Source of the DNA: an uncultured Actinomycetes bacterium
GTDB taxonomy: Bacteria; Actinomycetota; UBA4738; HRBIN12
Assembly: GCA_963816275.1 (NCBI GenBank)
Contig: CAWFJU010000008.1
Coordinates: 78,111-142,110 of the forward strand
Direction: 5' to 3'
DNA length: 64,000 bases
Both the position numbers and the translations under genes were made by a program. The notes under the pieces were generated by a model. It was given only the letters and a program-made list of their open reading frames with translations. It searched no databases and had not been told where the DNA came from. Numbering within the stretch: position 1 is the stretch's first letter; each line of letters opens with the position of its first letter. Of the stretch, positions 13,553-22,512 are shown piece after piece.

Positions 13553-13735
13553 ATGGCCGAGACCGCGTACTGCATGAAGTGCCGCGAGAAGCGTGAATTC
13601 GAGGGCCAGGTCGTGACGATGAAGAACGGGCGGCCCGCCTCTCAGGGCACCTGCCCCGTGTGCGGCACGAAGATCCAGCGGATCCTGGGGCAGGACGAGG
13701 CGAAGTCCCGCGGTTGGTCGCCGCCCGCCTCCTAG
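13553..13735 (+). CDS. small zinc-ribbon protein (DUF5679-like)
   Basis: 60 aa: MAETAYCMKCREKREFEGQVVTMKNGRPASQGTCPVCGTKIQRILG. It has a CxxC...CxxC arrangement and a purine-rich RBS (GGGAGGGGAAGGAG) upstream. Confidence 0.75.
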   Translation: MAETAYCMKCREKREFEGQVVTMKNGRPASQGTCPVCGTKIQRILGQDEAKSRGWSPPAS

Positions 13736-13744
13736 GCGAGCCCG

Positions 13745-14218
13745 CTAGTTCAGCCGCGACAACAGCTGTTCCGGGGCGATGAACGCCTGCCCCGGCGTGC
13801 TCGTCCGGTGGCGGGCCGCGAGGTCCGCCACCGTCGTCTGACGGAACACGTCCTGCACCGCCCGGGCCACATCGGCCCAGAACCCTTGCAGCCCACACCG
13901 TGAGTCCTGGAAGCACGTGTGGTCCGAGGGCTCGAGGCAGAACATCGGGAAGATCTGGCCCTCGATCGCGTCGGCGATCTCGGCCATCGTGATCTCCTCG
14001 GGCGCGCGGGCGAGCCGGCATCCGCCCCCCGCGCCACGGAAGCTCTCCACCAGCCCCGCCTTCGAGAGCGCCCCGAGCTGCTGCTCGAGGAACCGCACCG
14101 GGATCTGCTGACGCTCGGCGATCTCGCGCGCGGGCACGAGGACGTCCTCGTCGCGGTGCTGGGCGAGCTCGATCATGGCGCGCATCGCGTATTCGAGCTT
14201 CTGGGAGATCTTCAGCAC
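13745..14218 (-). CDS. Rrf2 family transcriptional regulator
   Basis: A GTG start at 14218 follows ACAGGAGG. The translation VLKISQKLEYAMRAMIELAQHRDEDVLVPAREIAERQQIPVRFLEQQLGALSKAGLVESFRGAGGGCRLA shows the classic Rrf2 N-terminal wHTH. Cys residues in the C-terminus could bind an Fe-S cluster. Confidence 0.85.
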   Translation of the reverse strand: MLKISQKLEYAMRAMIELAQHRDEDVLVPAREIAERQQIPVRFLEQQLGALSKAGLVESFRGAGGGCRLARAPEEITMAEIADAIEGQIFPMFCLEPSDHTCFQDSRCGLQGFWADVARAVQDVFRQTTVADLAARHRTSTPGQAFIAPEQLLSRLN

Positions 14219-14375
14219 GGGGCGCCTCCTGTCGTCCCAGCGTAGGTGGGGGTTCTGGCCCGTCAACGCGCGGCCGTAGCGGTTCCCTGGTTCCGGGTAT
14301 GAGGCAGCGCTCGCAGGGCGTGCCGACAACTCTGTAGGGGGAACGAGGGTCCCCCAGGAGGAGGACAAGGCAGCC

Positions 14376-14838
14376 ATGGTTCGCGTACTCGTGATCGACG
14401 ACGAGCCCGACGTGCTGCTGCTGTGCCGCGTGAACCTGCGGCACGACGGGCACGAGGTGCTCGAGGCGCCCGACGGCGCGACGGGTCTGGCGATGGCCGC
14501 CGAGTCGCCGCCCGACGTGGTGGTGCTCGACCTGATGCTGCCCGCGATGGACGGCTACGAGGTGCTCGCGGCGCTCCGCGGCTCGGCGGCGACCGAGACG
14601 TGCCGATCCTGGTGCTGAGCGCGAAGGCGCAGGTCGAGGAGCGGCGCCGGGCGTTGCGAGTCCGGCGGCGATGTCGTTCCTCGCGAAGCCGTTCGCGCCC
14701 GAGCAGCTCGCCGAGGCCGTCCGCGAGCTCGCGACGCTCGATCCCGACGGCACGCGCCGAGGCACGGCGAGCGGCGCTCGGGAGCAACTCGAGGACGGAG
14801 CGACCCTGAGCCGAGGTCAGGCGATCGTGGCGGCGTAG
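14376..14838 (+). pseudogene. stand-alone response-regulator receiver (CheY-like), 3 frame changes; 3' end uncertain
   Basis: The segments are MVRVLVIDDEPDVLLLCRVNLRHDGHEVLEAPDGATGLAMAAESPPDVVVLDLMLPAMDGYEVLAALR, then GDRDVPILVLSAKAQVEERRRAL, then ESGGD., then FLAKPFAPEQLAEAVRELA. The shifts lie near 14588, 14657 and 14675. Confidence 0.7.
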
Positions 14839-15357
14839 TCGTCGCCGACCACGACGACGACCTGCGTCGTCTTCTTCACGAGGTCGTCGATCGTCGGGAT
14901 CGAGCTCTTCGACCTTCGCGCCCTTGAAGTACTTCTTGGCCATGGCGGTCGCGTTCGACTCGTTCTGCGCGGCTGCGGCGCCACCCCGGAAGTACACGAT
15001 CGTCTTCGGCACCGGCTTCGAGGGGGCATCGAGCGCGTGGGCGTTGATCGTGTACCCCTTGCCCTCGAGGAAGTCCTGGGCCGTCGCGCCGAGCCCGGTC
15101 ACGTTCGTGCCGTTGAAGACCTGGATCAGCACTCCGTCGGTCCTGCGGGCTCGGCGTCTGCGGCGGCGGTCGGCGACACGGTTCCGCGTCGGCGATCCGC
15201 TGGGCGACTCGGTGGCGGACGCGGTCCCGCTGGGCCCGCCGCCCGGCTGCAGCGCGATCCGCCGTCGGCGAATCCGTTCGCGAGCACGGCGGCGCCCACG
15301 ACGAGCAGCGCGACGATCACGACGATCCGGCCGGTTCCCAGGTTCACGGCGCGCCAT
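14817..15357 (-). pseudogene. LytR_C (LytR/CpsA/Psr C-terminal) domain membrane-anchored protein, at least 2 frame changes
   Basis: A TM anchor VNLGTGRIVVIVALLVVGAAVLANGF lies in one frame. VLIQVFNGTNVTGLGATAQDFLEGKGYTINAHALDAPSKPVPKTIVYFRGG...AMAKKYFKGAKVEELDP lies in a second, and TIDDLVKKTTQVVVVVGDDYAATIA in a third. The start is either the ATG at 15357 or the GTG at 15347. Confidence 0.7.
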
Positions 15358-15358
15358 C

Positions 15359-15676
15359 CTACCCCAGCGCCCCGTGCGTGCCCGCTCGCCTCAGAGGCGG
15401 ACACCGAGCTGCCCCGCGACCCGCCTGCCGGCGACGCGCCTCGCGCACGCGACGGAGCCTGCGGACGAGCATCGGGTCGTAGGCGAGCGCCGCCGGAGTG
15501 TCGATGATGCGATGCAGCAGTTGGTGGTACCGGGCCGCCGAGAAGCCGAAGCGTTCGCGGATCGCCCGCTCCTTCGCGATCGTGAGCTTCCAGCCCTCGC
15601 GCTCGAAATCGAGGATCTCGCGGGATCGGTCGTCGAGCTCGGTGCGGGCGTGATCGGGCGTGTCGGGGATGGTCAC
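15359..15676 (-). CDS. DUF3263 domain protein
   Basis: 105 aa: ...LDDRSREILDFEREGWKLTIAKERAIRERFGFSAARYHQLLHRIIDTPAALAYDPMLVRRLRR, as remembered for the actinobacterial DUF3263 family. Confidence 0.65.
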   Translation of the reverse strand: MTIPDTPDHARTELDDRSREILDFEREGWKLTIAKERAIRERFGFSAARYHQLLHRIIDTPAALAYDPMLVRRLRRVREARRRQAGRGAARCPPLRRAGTHGALG

Positions 15677-15810
15677 GCGCCAAGGCTACCCAGCGGCACC
15701 GACGGTTCAAGCACCTCGGCACGCAACGTCGATGCTGATGGGAAGCGGCGGCGGCGCGAGGATGAGAGCATCGGAGCCACCGGGCCTGGCCGGGACGAGA
15801 GGCGGAACGG

Positions 15811-17998
15811 GTGTCCGAGGGTGAGCGGATGACGAGCGCGGACGACGGACGATTCAGGTCGGTCGCGCAGCTCGACATGCTGCACAGCCTCGCCGCCAAG
15901 CTGAACGCCCTGGGCGACGTCGCCGAGATCGGCGCGGCGATCACGGCCGAGCTCCGCACGATCATCGACTACCACAACTGCCGCGTGTATCTGCTCGAGC
16001 CCGACGGCGTCACGCTGATGCCGATCGCGTTCCGCGGCGAACTCTTCCACGAGTACGAGGAGGAGACGCTCGAGGAGCTGATCACGAAGGTGGGTGAGGG
16101 GCTGACGGGCCACGTCGCCGCGACCGGCGAGTCGCTGCTCACCCCGAACGCCCAGGAGGTCGAGTTCTCGATCCAGATCGAGGGGACCGACGACATCGTC
16201 GAGTCGATGCTCGTGGTCCCGATGAAGCTCGGCGAGCAGGTCACCGGCGTGATCGTGCTCTCGAGCCTCGGCTACGGCAAGTTCGACGAGGAGGACCGGC
16301 GCCTCCTGGAGGTGCTCGCCTCGCACGCCGCGGTCGCGTTCGAGAACGCCACGCTGCTCCAGGCGGAACGCCATGCGGCCGAGACCTCGGCCGCCCTGTT
16401 GCGCCTCTCCCAGGCGCTCACGAGGATGCGCTCGATCGGCGACGTCTTGCAGGAGGCGCTCGAAACGATCCCATCGCTCGCACCCTGCTCCGTCGCCGGG
16501 GCGTACGTGGTCGAGCCCTCGTCGGGAGACTTCCGGCTCGTCCGGCTCCACGAGGTGATCGAAGGCACCGCCCGTGCCAGGGCCGAGATCGCCGACGTCT
16601 CGCACGAGGTGGCTGACCGCATGCTCCTGAGCCAGACGTCGACCCGTTCGTGATCGAGGACGCCGCGATCCGGGAGCTCCCGCACGAACTCTTCATCGCG
16701 ATCGATCCCAACGAGGTGCTCGTCGCGCCGCTCCGCTGGGATCCCTCAGGGTTCGGCGCGCTCGTGCTCGTGGCGCCCCAGGGCGCTCGGCCGTACGGGG
16801 CGGAGGACCTACGGATGGCGGGGGGCCTGGCCGACATCACGTCGCTCGCGCTCGGGAACGCACGCCGTCTCTCCGAACTCGAGCGGTTCCACGAGCTCGT
16901 CGAGAGCCTCGATGCGGTCTTCTGGGAGGCGGACGCCACCACCCTGTCCTTCACCTTCCTCGGCGGAAGGGCCGAGGAACTGCTCGGCCCGACGGCGCTC
17001 CGGTGGCCGAGCCGAGCAGCGGCCCTGGGGCTCGCACATCGACCCGCAGGACCGTGGCGACGCGATGGAGGCGATGCGCCGGGCCGCGAGCGAGGGCCAC
17101 GACCAGGAGCTCGAGTACCGCATGCGAACCCCCGAGGGCGAGAACGTCTGGATCCGCGACCTCGTCGCACGTGGTGACGGGCGCGCAAGGCGCCCGACAA
17201 CTCCGGGGACTCATGGTCGACGTGACCGAGCGCAAGCGCGCGGAGCAGGCACTCCGTGAGAGCGAGCGGAAGTACTCGGAGGCGTTCAAGCGAGAGCGCG
17301 AGGCCGCCCAGCGGCTCCGGGCGCTCGACGAGATGAAGAACACGTTCCTCGAGGCCGTCTCGCACGACCTCCGCACCCCGCTCACCTCGATCCTCGGATC
17401 CGCGCTGACCCTGGAGCGGACGCGGATGGAACTCCCCCGCGAGGACGCGGTCGATCTCGTCCACCGGATCGCGGCGAACGCCCGCAAGCTCGAACGGCTG
17501 CTCTCGGACCTGCTCGACCTCGACCGGCTGCAGCGCGGGATCGTGTCACCTCAGCGACGGCCGACCGAACTCGACCTGCTCGTGCGCCGGGGCGTGGAGG
17601 AGACCGAGAATCCGAGCGGACACACGATCGAGGTCGAGGTCGAGCCGGCCGTGGTCTCGATCGACGCCGCGAAGGTCGAGCGGATCCTCGAGAACCTGGT
17701 CTCGAACGCGATCCGTCACACCCCGGCGAGCACCCGGATCTGGGTTCGAGCGCGGGCTCAGGACGGCGGCATGCTCCTGATCGTCGAGGACGAGGGGCCG
17801 GGCGTGCCGAGGGACCTGCACGAGGCGATCTTCGAACCCTTCCGGCAGGTGCCGGGCTCGGAGTCGGGCCACTCGCCCGGGGTCGGCGTCGGACTCTCGC
17901 TCGTCCTGCGGTTCGCCGAACTCCACGGCGGCCGTGCCTGGGTCGAGGACCGACCGGGCGGCGGCGCGATCTTCACGGTGTTCCTGCCCGCGGGATGA
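15811..17998 (+). pseudogene. GAF-GAF-PAS sensor histidine kinase (HisKA + HATPase_c), 3-4 frame changes
   Basis: The first GAF domain is in ORF 15811..16653 (IIDYHNCRVYLLEPDG...GLTGHVAATGESLL). The second GAF-like region is in ORF 16650..17177. PAS fragments (HIDPQDRGDAMEAMRRAASEGHDQELEYRMRTPEGENVWIRDLV) lie in a third frame. The kinase core is in ORF 17003..17998 (EMKNTFLEAVSHDLRTPLTSI...NLVSNAIRHTP...DEGPGVP...GVGVGLSLV). The shifts lie near 16632, 16995-17020 and 17165. Confidence 0.85.
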
Positions 17999-18007
17999 GG
18001 ACGTGAA

Positions 18008-18044
18008 GGACCGGGCGGCGGGGGGTACGGCCGCCGCCCGGTCC
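18008..18044. terminator. 14-bp GC hairpin between convergent genes (histidine kinase and DsrE2-like)
   Basis: GGACCGGGCGGCGG-9nt-CCGCCGCCCGGTCC. Confidence 0.45.
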
Positions 18045-18048
18045 CGAG

Positions 18049-18068
18049 CTCCCGGATATGTCCGGGAG
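18049..18068. terminator. second small hairpin in the same convergent gap
   Basis: CTCCCGGA-TATG-TCCGGGAG. Confidence 0.35.
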
Positions 18069-18085
18069 CGATCCGCCGATCGCCT

Positions 18086-18619
18086 CAGATGAACAGCGTG
18101 ACGGCGTCGCGAGCCTCGAGGAGCGCGGTCGTCGCGCCCGCCGGCTCCTCGAGCCCATCGATCAGGTCTTCCTTCGTGAGGCCCGAGCAGGTCCATCGTC
18201 ATCTGGCACGGGACGAGGTGGACACCCAGGTCGCGCGCGACCTCGAGCAGCTCCGCCGGCGAGGCCACGTGGTGCTCCTCGGCGAGCTTCTTCATCATCG
18301 CGGGGCCGGCCCCGGCGAAGTTCATCTTGCCGAGCTTCAGGTGCTCGGTGCCGCCGCGGTTCATCATCGACATCATCTTCTGCATCCAGTTCTCGCCGGT
18401 GATGTGCACGTCGTTGCGCACCAGCGGGAAGAGCCCCCAGAAGGTGAAGAAGATCGTCGTCTCCATGCCCATCGCGGCGCCGGTCGTGCCGAGGATGAAC
18501 GTCGGCCAGATCTTGTCGAGGTCGCCGCTCCAGGCCATGATCACGAGCTTGTCGTGCGGCACGTGCTCGGGCGCCGGAGCTCGCTCCGGCGCCTCGAGGG
18601 TCGCTTCGGTGGTCGCCAT
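18086..18619 (-). pseudogene. DsrE2-like (DsrE/DsrF family) sulfur-relay protein with a hydrophobic N-terminal half; single frameshift
   Basis: MATTEATLEAP...KLVIMAWSGDLDKIWPTFILGTTGAAMGMETTIFFTFWGLFPLV...GVHLVPCQMTMDLLG, then LTKEDLIDGLEEPAGATTALLEARDAVTLFI in a second frame. One extra C in GGGCCTCAC near 18180 explains the break. Confidence 0.75.
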
Positions 18620-18624
18620 CGTGC

Positions 18625-18861
18625 TCACCCCTTCTTGCGGATCACGAAGCGGAAGACGCCCGCGTCCTCGGTCTGCTCGACGAGCTCGTTCCCCGTCGAG
18701 GTGCACCACGCCTTGAAGTCCGGCACGGAGCCCGGGTCGGTGGCGAGGGACTCGATCAGCTCGCCCGGCTGCAGGTCGCGGATCCCCTGCGCGGTCTTCG
18801 CGATCGGCATCGGGCAGGAGAGCCCCTTCAGGTCCAGCGTCTTGGCGATCGTCTCGGTCAT
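18625..18861 (-). CDS. tusA: TusA/SirA family sulfur carrier
   Basis: 78 aa: MTETIAKTLDLKGLSCPMPIAKTAQGIRDLQPGELIESLATDPGSVPDFKAWC...FRFVIRKKG. The Cys-Pro-x-Pro active-site motif is present. Confidence 0.85.
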   Translation of the reverse strand: MTETIAKTLDLKGLSCPMPIAKTAQGIRDLQPGELIESLATDPGSVPDFKAWCTSTGNELVEQTEDAGVFRFVIRKKG

Positions 18862-18876
18862 CGCGGTACCCCTTCC

Positions 18877-20061
18877 TCAGTGCTCCGTCTCGGCCGATGC
18901 CTTCGGCTTCGAGAACGGTGCGTTCTCGGGGATCCGGCCCTGCGGCACGGTCTCCCAGTACATGCGGTTGAACAGCCACTTCGCCATATGCCAGGCGCGG
19001 TTCGGCTGCGGCGGCACGGGCGGGTGCTCGTAGTCGAACCGCAGCGAGGTCGCCTGGCCGTTGCCGGTCTCGAGGAAGCACATGACGCGGCCGCCGTAGT
19101 TCTCCTTCGGCGCGGTGCCGTGGATCAGCGACGCGATGCGGCTCGCGATCACCGGCGCCTCGAAGTGAGCGGTCGAGCCCGACTTCGAGATCGGCAGGTT
19201 CGTGGCGTCGCCGAGGGCGAAGATGTGCTCCTGACCCTCGACGTTCAGGGTGTGCTTGTCGGTGGGGAGCCAGCCACCGGGGTCGCCGAGGCCGGAGTCG
19301 ATCACGACCTGCTGCCCCTTGTGCGGCGGGACGAGCACCAGGAGGTCGTACTCCTGCTTCTCGCCCTCGAGCGACTCCACGACACCCGCGCTCGGGTCCA
19401 CGGCCTCGACGTTGAAGAACGTCGTCAGCCCGATCCCGCGCTCCTCCATGATCGGCGCGATCAGCTTCGACGCGCTCTCGATCGTGAACGCCCGGTTCAA
19501 CGGGCTGAGGAGCTCAACCTCGCTCTGGTCGCGGATCCCGCGCTTGCGCAGGTACTCCTCGACCATGAACGTGAACTCCACGGGCGCCGGCGGGCACTTG
19601 TACGGGATCCCCGCCACGCCGACCTTGATCCGGCCGCCCTTGAACCGGGCGAGCTCCTGACCGAGCCGCTCGGCGCCGGGCAGGGAGTAGAACTCGAACG
19701 ACCCCTCGGCGAGGCCCGGGATCGACTCGGGCACCAGCCGGGCACCCGTCGCGATCACCAGGTAGTCGTACGCCAGCTCGCCGCCTCGCTCGAGCTGCAC
19801 CGTGCCGGCGTCCGGATGGATGCGGATCGCACGCTCGATCGCGAGGTCGATGCCGCCGCGCAGCAGCGTGCGCTCCTCGCGCGTCAGCCAGTGACCCTTG
19901 GCCTCGCCGAGCGCGACGTAGAGATAGCCCGGCTGGTAGTCGTGCATGCCCGTGGGATCGACCACGGTGACGTGCACGTCATGCTCGAGCTCCTTGTCGA
20001 GCAGGTTCGCGATCAGGGTCCCTCCGACCCCGCCGCCGAGCACCACCACGCGTGCCGGCAT
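18877..20061 (-). CDS. sqr: sulfide:quinone oxidoreductase-like FAD-dependent oxidoreductase
   Basis: Intact 394 aa. The N-terminal Rossmann motif is VVVLGGGVGGT, followed by GIPYKCPPAPVEF, GDATNLP and GGRVMCFLETG. This arrangement of two redox cysteines is as remembered for SQR types III-V. No NADH-site second GxGxxG motif is obvious. Confidence 0.75.
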   Translation of the reverse strand: MPARVVVLGGGVGGTLIANLLDKELEHDVHVTVVDPTGMHDYQPGYLYVALGEAKGHWLTREERTLLRGGIDLAIERAIRIHPDAGTVQLERGGELAYDYLVIATGARLVPESIPGLAEGSFEFYSLPGAERLGQELARFKGGRIKVGVAGIPYKCPPAPVEFTFMVEEYLRKRGIRDQSEVELLSPLNRAFTIESASKLIAPIMEERGIGLTTFFNVEAVDPSAGVVESLEGEKQEYDLLVLVPPHKGQQVVIDSGLGDPGGWLPTDKHTLNVEGQEHIFALGDATNLPISKSGSTAHFEAPVIASRIASLIHGTAPKENYGGRVMCFLETGNGQATSLRFDYEHPPVPPQPNRAWHMAKWLFNRMYWETVPQGRIPENAPFSKPKASAETEH

Positions 20062-20067
20062 CGGGGA

Positions 20068-20346
20068 TCACCGAGCCTTCCGGATCACGAACCGCGTGAA
20101 GCCGTCCTCCTCGACGACCTCGACCAGCTCGTGCTGCGCCTTCTGGACCCACGCGGGGATGTCCGACTTCGAGCCCTCGTCGCTCGAGAGCACCTCGATC
20201 ACGTCTCCGACCTGTCCCTCGCGGATCGCGCCGATCAGCGTCATCAGTGGTCCCGGGCACGCCATGCCGCGGGCATCGATCGAACGCGTTACCACTGCCG
20301 TCGTCTCTCCTGGTTGCACTACCGCATCCGCTCCTTGAGTGCTCAT
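20068..20346 (-). CDS. tusA: TusA/SirA family sulfur carrier (second copy)
   Basis: The start is taken at the internal ATG. The translation is MSTQGADAVVQPGETTAVVTRSIDARGMACPGPLMTLIGAIREGQVGDVIEVLSSDEGSKSDIPAWVQKAQHELVEVVEEDGFTRFVIRKAR, with a CPGP motif. Confidence 0.85.
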   Translation of the reverse strand: MSTQGADAVVQPGETTAVVTRSIDARGMACPGPLMTLIGAIREGQVGDVIEVLSSDEGSKSDIPAWVQKAQHELVEVVEEDGFTRFVIRKAR

Positions 20347-20357
20347 GTCGCTACCTC

Positions 20358-20762
20358 CTAGATGAACGTCACCGGGCCCTCGGCCTCCATGAAGAAGGAG
20401 GCGACGCCCCAGATGCCGTCCACCATCGGGTCGAGATCGTCCTTCGTGATCTCGAACATCTCCATCGAGTCCGCGCATGCCTGGATCTGGACCTCGCCGA
20501 GGTCCTTGGCCTGCGCGAACAGTTCGCTCCAGTGGGTCTTGCCCTGGGCCTGCATCGCCCGCTGCCCGGCCTCGCCGGCCTCGGGCGACACCCCGTGATC
20601 CTTCAGCACGCGGTCGGCACGGAACGCGTCGAGCGCCCAGTACTGGAGGAAGACGTTGACCTTGCGGCCCATCGCCGCGGCCCCGACCGCCAACACCGCA
20701 GCCGCTTGGAGCTTGTCGTCGGTTCCGGAGAACAGCACCAGCGAAACGGTGTCGTCACTCAT
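20358..20762 (-). CDS. DsrE/DsrF-like family protein (soluble, DsrE3-like)
   Basis: The start is taken at the internal ATG. The translation is MSDDTVSLVLFSGTDDKLQAAAVLAVGAAAMGRKVNVFLQYWALDAF...EVQIQACADSMEMFEITKDDL... The conserved Cys context is as remembered for the DrsE_2 family. Confidence 0.75.
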   Translation of the reverse strand: MSDDTVSLVLFSGTDDKLQAAAVLAVGAAAMGRKVNVFLQYWALDAFRADRVLKDHGVSPEAGEAGQRAMQAQGKTHWSELFAQAKDLGEVQIQACADSMEMFEITKDDLDPMVDGIWGVASFFMEAEGPVTFI

Positions 20763-20913
20763 CGCGTACCCCTTTCCGTGTACCCCTGTTCCTATACGAC
20801 AAGCATCCACCGGGCTCGGGACCCGCGTTGGGGGCGGCGGACCCACGGCAGGTGGGACCTTCCGGGACCCAAGGCGGGAATATCGGCGGACGGCCTGAGG
20901 TTCGCGCGGCGGC

Positions 20914-20919
20914 TAGGAT
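20914..20919 (+). promoter_or_regulatory. -10-like TAGGAT hexamer 9 nt before the D-aminoacylase ATG (probable leaderless transcript)
   Basis: GCTAGGATGCCGCTCCGATG. There is no Shine-Dalgarno sequence. Confidence 0.25.
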
Positions 20920-20928
20920 GCCGCTCCG

Positions 20929-22491
20929 ATGCTCGACCTCGCGATCACCGGTGCCTTCGTCGTCGACGGCACCGGTGCGCCCGGGTTCCTCGGATCGGTC
21001 GGGATCTCCGACGATCGGGTGACGTGGATCGGTCGCGGTGCCGCCGCACCGCCCGAGGCTCTGCGGGTCGTCGAGGCAGCTGGGCGTGTCGTCGGCCCCG
21101 GGCTCATCGACGTCCACACGCACTCGGATCTCGGCCCGTTGGTGGACCCGTGGATGCCGAGCACCCTTCGCCAGGGCGTGACGACCGTCGTGGTGGGCAA
21201 CTGCGGCACGTCGCCGTGGCCGGCCGCGGGTGCCGACGAGGCCGCGGCGCTGGTCGGCGGGCCGGCCGGCGCATTCCGCTACGACTCGTTCGGTGGCTAC
21301 CTCGAGGCCCTGGCCTCGTCAGGTCCTTCGGTCAACCTCGCGGCGCTCGTCGGTCACGGCGCCGTCCGATCGGAGGTCATGGGGTTGGAACGCCGACCCC
21401 CGGACGAAGAGGAACTCGGATCGATGCGCCGGCTGGTGGCGGAGGCCGTCAACGACGGCGCGATCGGGATGTCGACCGGGCTGATCTACGTGCCCGGGAT
21501 GTACTCGGACACCGACGAGATCGTCGCCCTCGCGCGCGAGGTCGCCGCCCGGCACGGGATCTACGCGTCGCACATCCGCGGCGAGGGCAAGCATCTCTTC
21601 CGCGCGGTGGACGAGGCGATCACGGTCGGTCGACGCGCCGGGCTCCGAGCACACGTGAGCCACCTGAAGTGCGAATCCGACCTCGTGTGGGGACGTGCCG
21701 CCGAGCTGCTCGAGCGGTTCCACGGCGACGCCGACGTCACGGGCGACCAGTACCCCTACGCCGCCTGGGCGTCGGTCCTCGGGTCGTTCCTCCCCGAGTG
21801 GGCGCCCGTGGGCGACCTGCCCGCGCTGCTGGAGGATCCGGCGACGCGGGCGAGGCTCGCGGCGTCCGTCGAGGATGGCGAAGGCGACTCGTTCCAATCG
21901 TCGGTCAACGGCGTGGGATGGGACCGCATCGTGATCGAGAGCAGCGCCGATGGTCGATGGAACGGGAGGAGTCTGCAGGCGGTGGGCGAGGAGCTCGGCA
22001 TCGCCCCCGTCGACGCCTGCTTCCGGTTGCTCGGCGAGGATCCCGACACCTCCTGCATCGGTCATGCGATGCACGAGGACGACGTCCGGACGATCCTCGC
22101 GGACCCCGAGGTGATGGTGGCGTCCGACGGCGCCTCGATGTCACCCGAAGGCACCCTGGGACGCACGGCGGTCCATCCCCGCAACTACGGCACGTTCCCT
22201 CGGGTGCTCGGCCGCTACGTGCGCGGCGGGGTGATCCCGCTCGAGACGGCGATCCGCAAGATGACATCGTTGCCGGCCGATCGGTTCGGGCTCGGGCACC
22301 GAGGTCGCGTGGTCGAGGGCGCGTTCGCGGACCTCGTGGTGTTCGATCCCCTCACCGTGGCCGATGAAGCGACCTTCGACCAGCCCCACGCGTACCCCAC
22401 CGGCATCGACGTGGTCGTGGTCAACGGACGGATCGCGTGGGACGGAACCCCGGTCGAACGCGCCGGTCGCGTCCTGCGGCGCGGGGGCTGA
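20929..22491 (+). CDS. N-acyl-D-amino-acid deacylase (D-aminoacylase), amidohydrolase superfamily
   Basis: Intact 520 aa: MLDLAITGAFVVDGTGAPG...GPGLIDVHTHSD...GVTTVVVGNCG...GMSTGLIYVPG...YASHIRGEG...HVSHLKC... Confidence 0.8.
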   Translation: MLDLAITGAFVVDGTGAPGFLGSVGISDDRVTWIGRGAAAPPEALRVVEAAGRVVGPGLIDVHTHSDLGPLVDPWMPSTLRQGVTTVVVGNCGTSPWPAAGADEAAALVGGPAGAFRYDSFGGYLEALASSGPSVNLAALVGHGAVRSEVMGLERRPPDEEELGSMRRLVAEAVNDGAIGMSTGLIYVPGMYSDTDEIVALAREVAARHGIYASHIRGEGKHLFRAVDEAITVGRRAGLRAHVSHLKCESDLVWGRAAELLERFHGDADVTGDQYPYAAWASVLGSFLPEWAPVGDLPALLEDPATRARLAASVEDGEGDSFQSSVNGVGWDRIVIESSADGRWNGRSLQAVGEELGIAPVDACFRLLGEDPDTSCIGHAMHEDDVRTILADPEVMVASDGASMSPEGTLGRTAVHPRNYGTFPRVLGRYVRGGVIPLETAIRKMTSLPADRFGLGHRGRVVEGAFADLVVFDPLTVADEATFDQPHAYPTGIDVVVVNGRIAWDGTPVERAGRVLRRGG

Positions 22492-22512
22492 CGGGAACGG
22501 CGCACCCGGGCG

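Noticed and set aside
17546-19081. A 511-aa minus-strand ORF spanning the kinase 3' end, the DsrE2-like gene and the TusA gene.
   Set aside because: It is a composite. Only the central part (MATTEATLEAP...CQMTMDLLG) is real DsrE2-like sequence. The rest is out-of-frame read-through created by the frameshift near 18180 and by antisense reading of the kinase gene.
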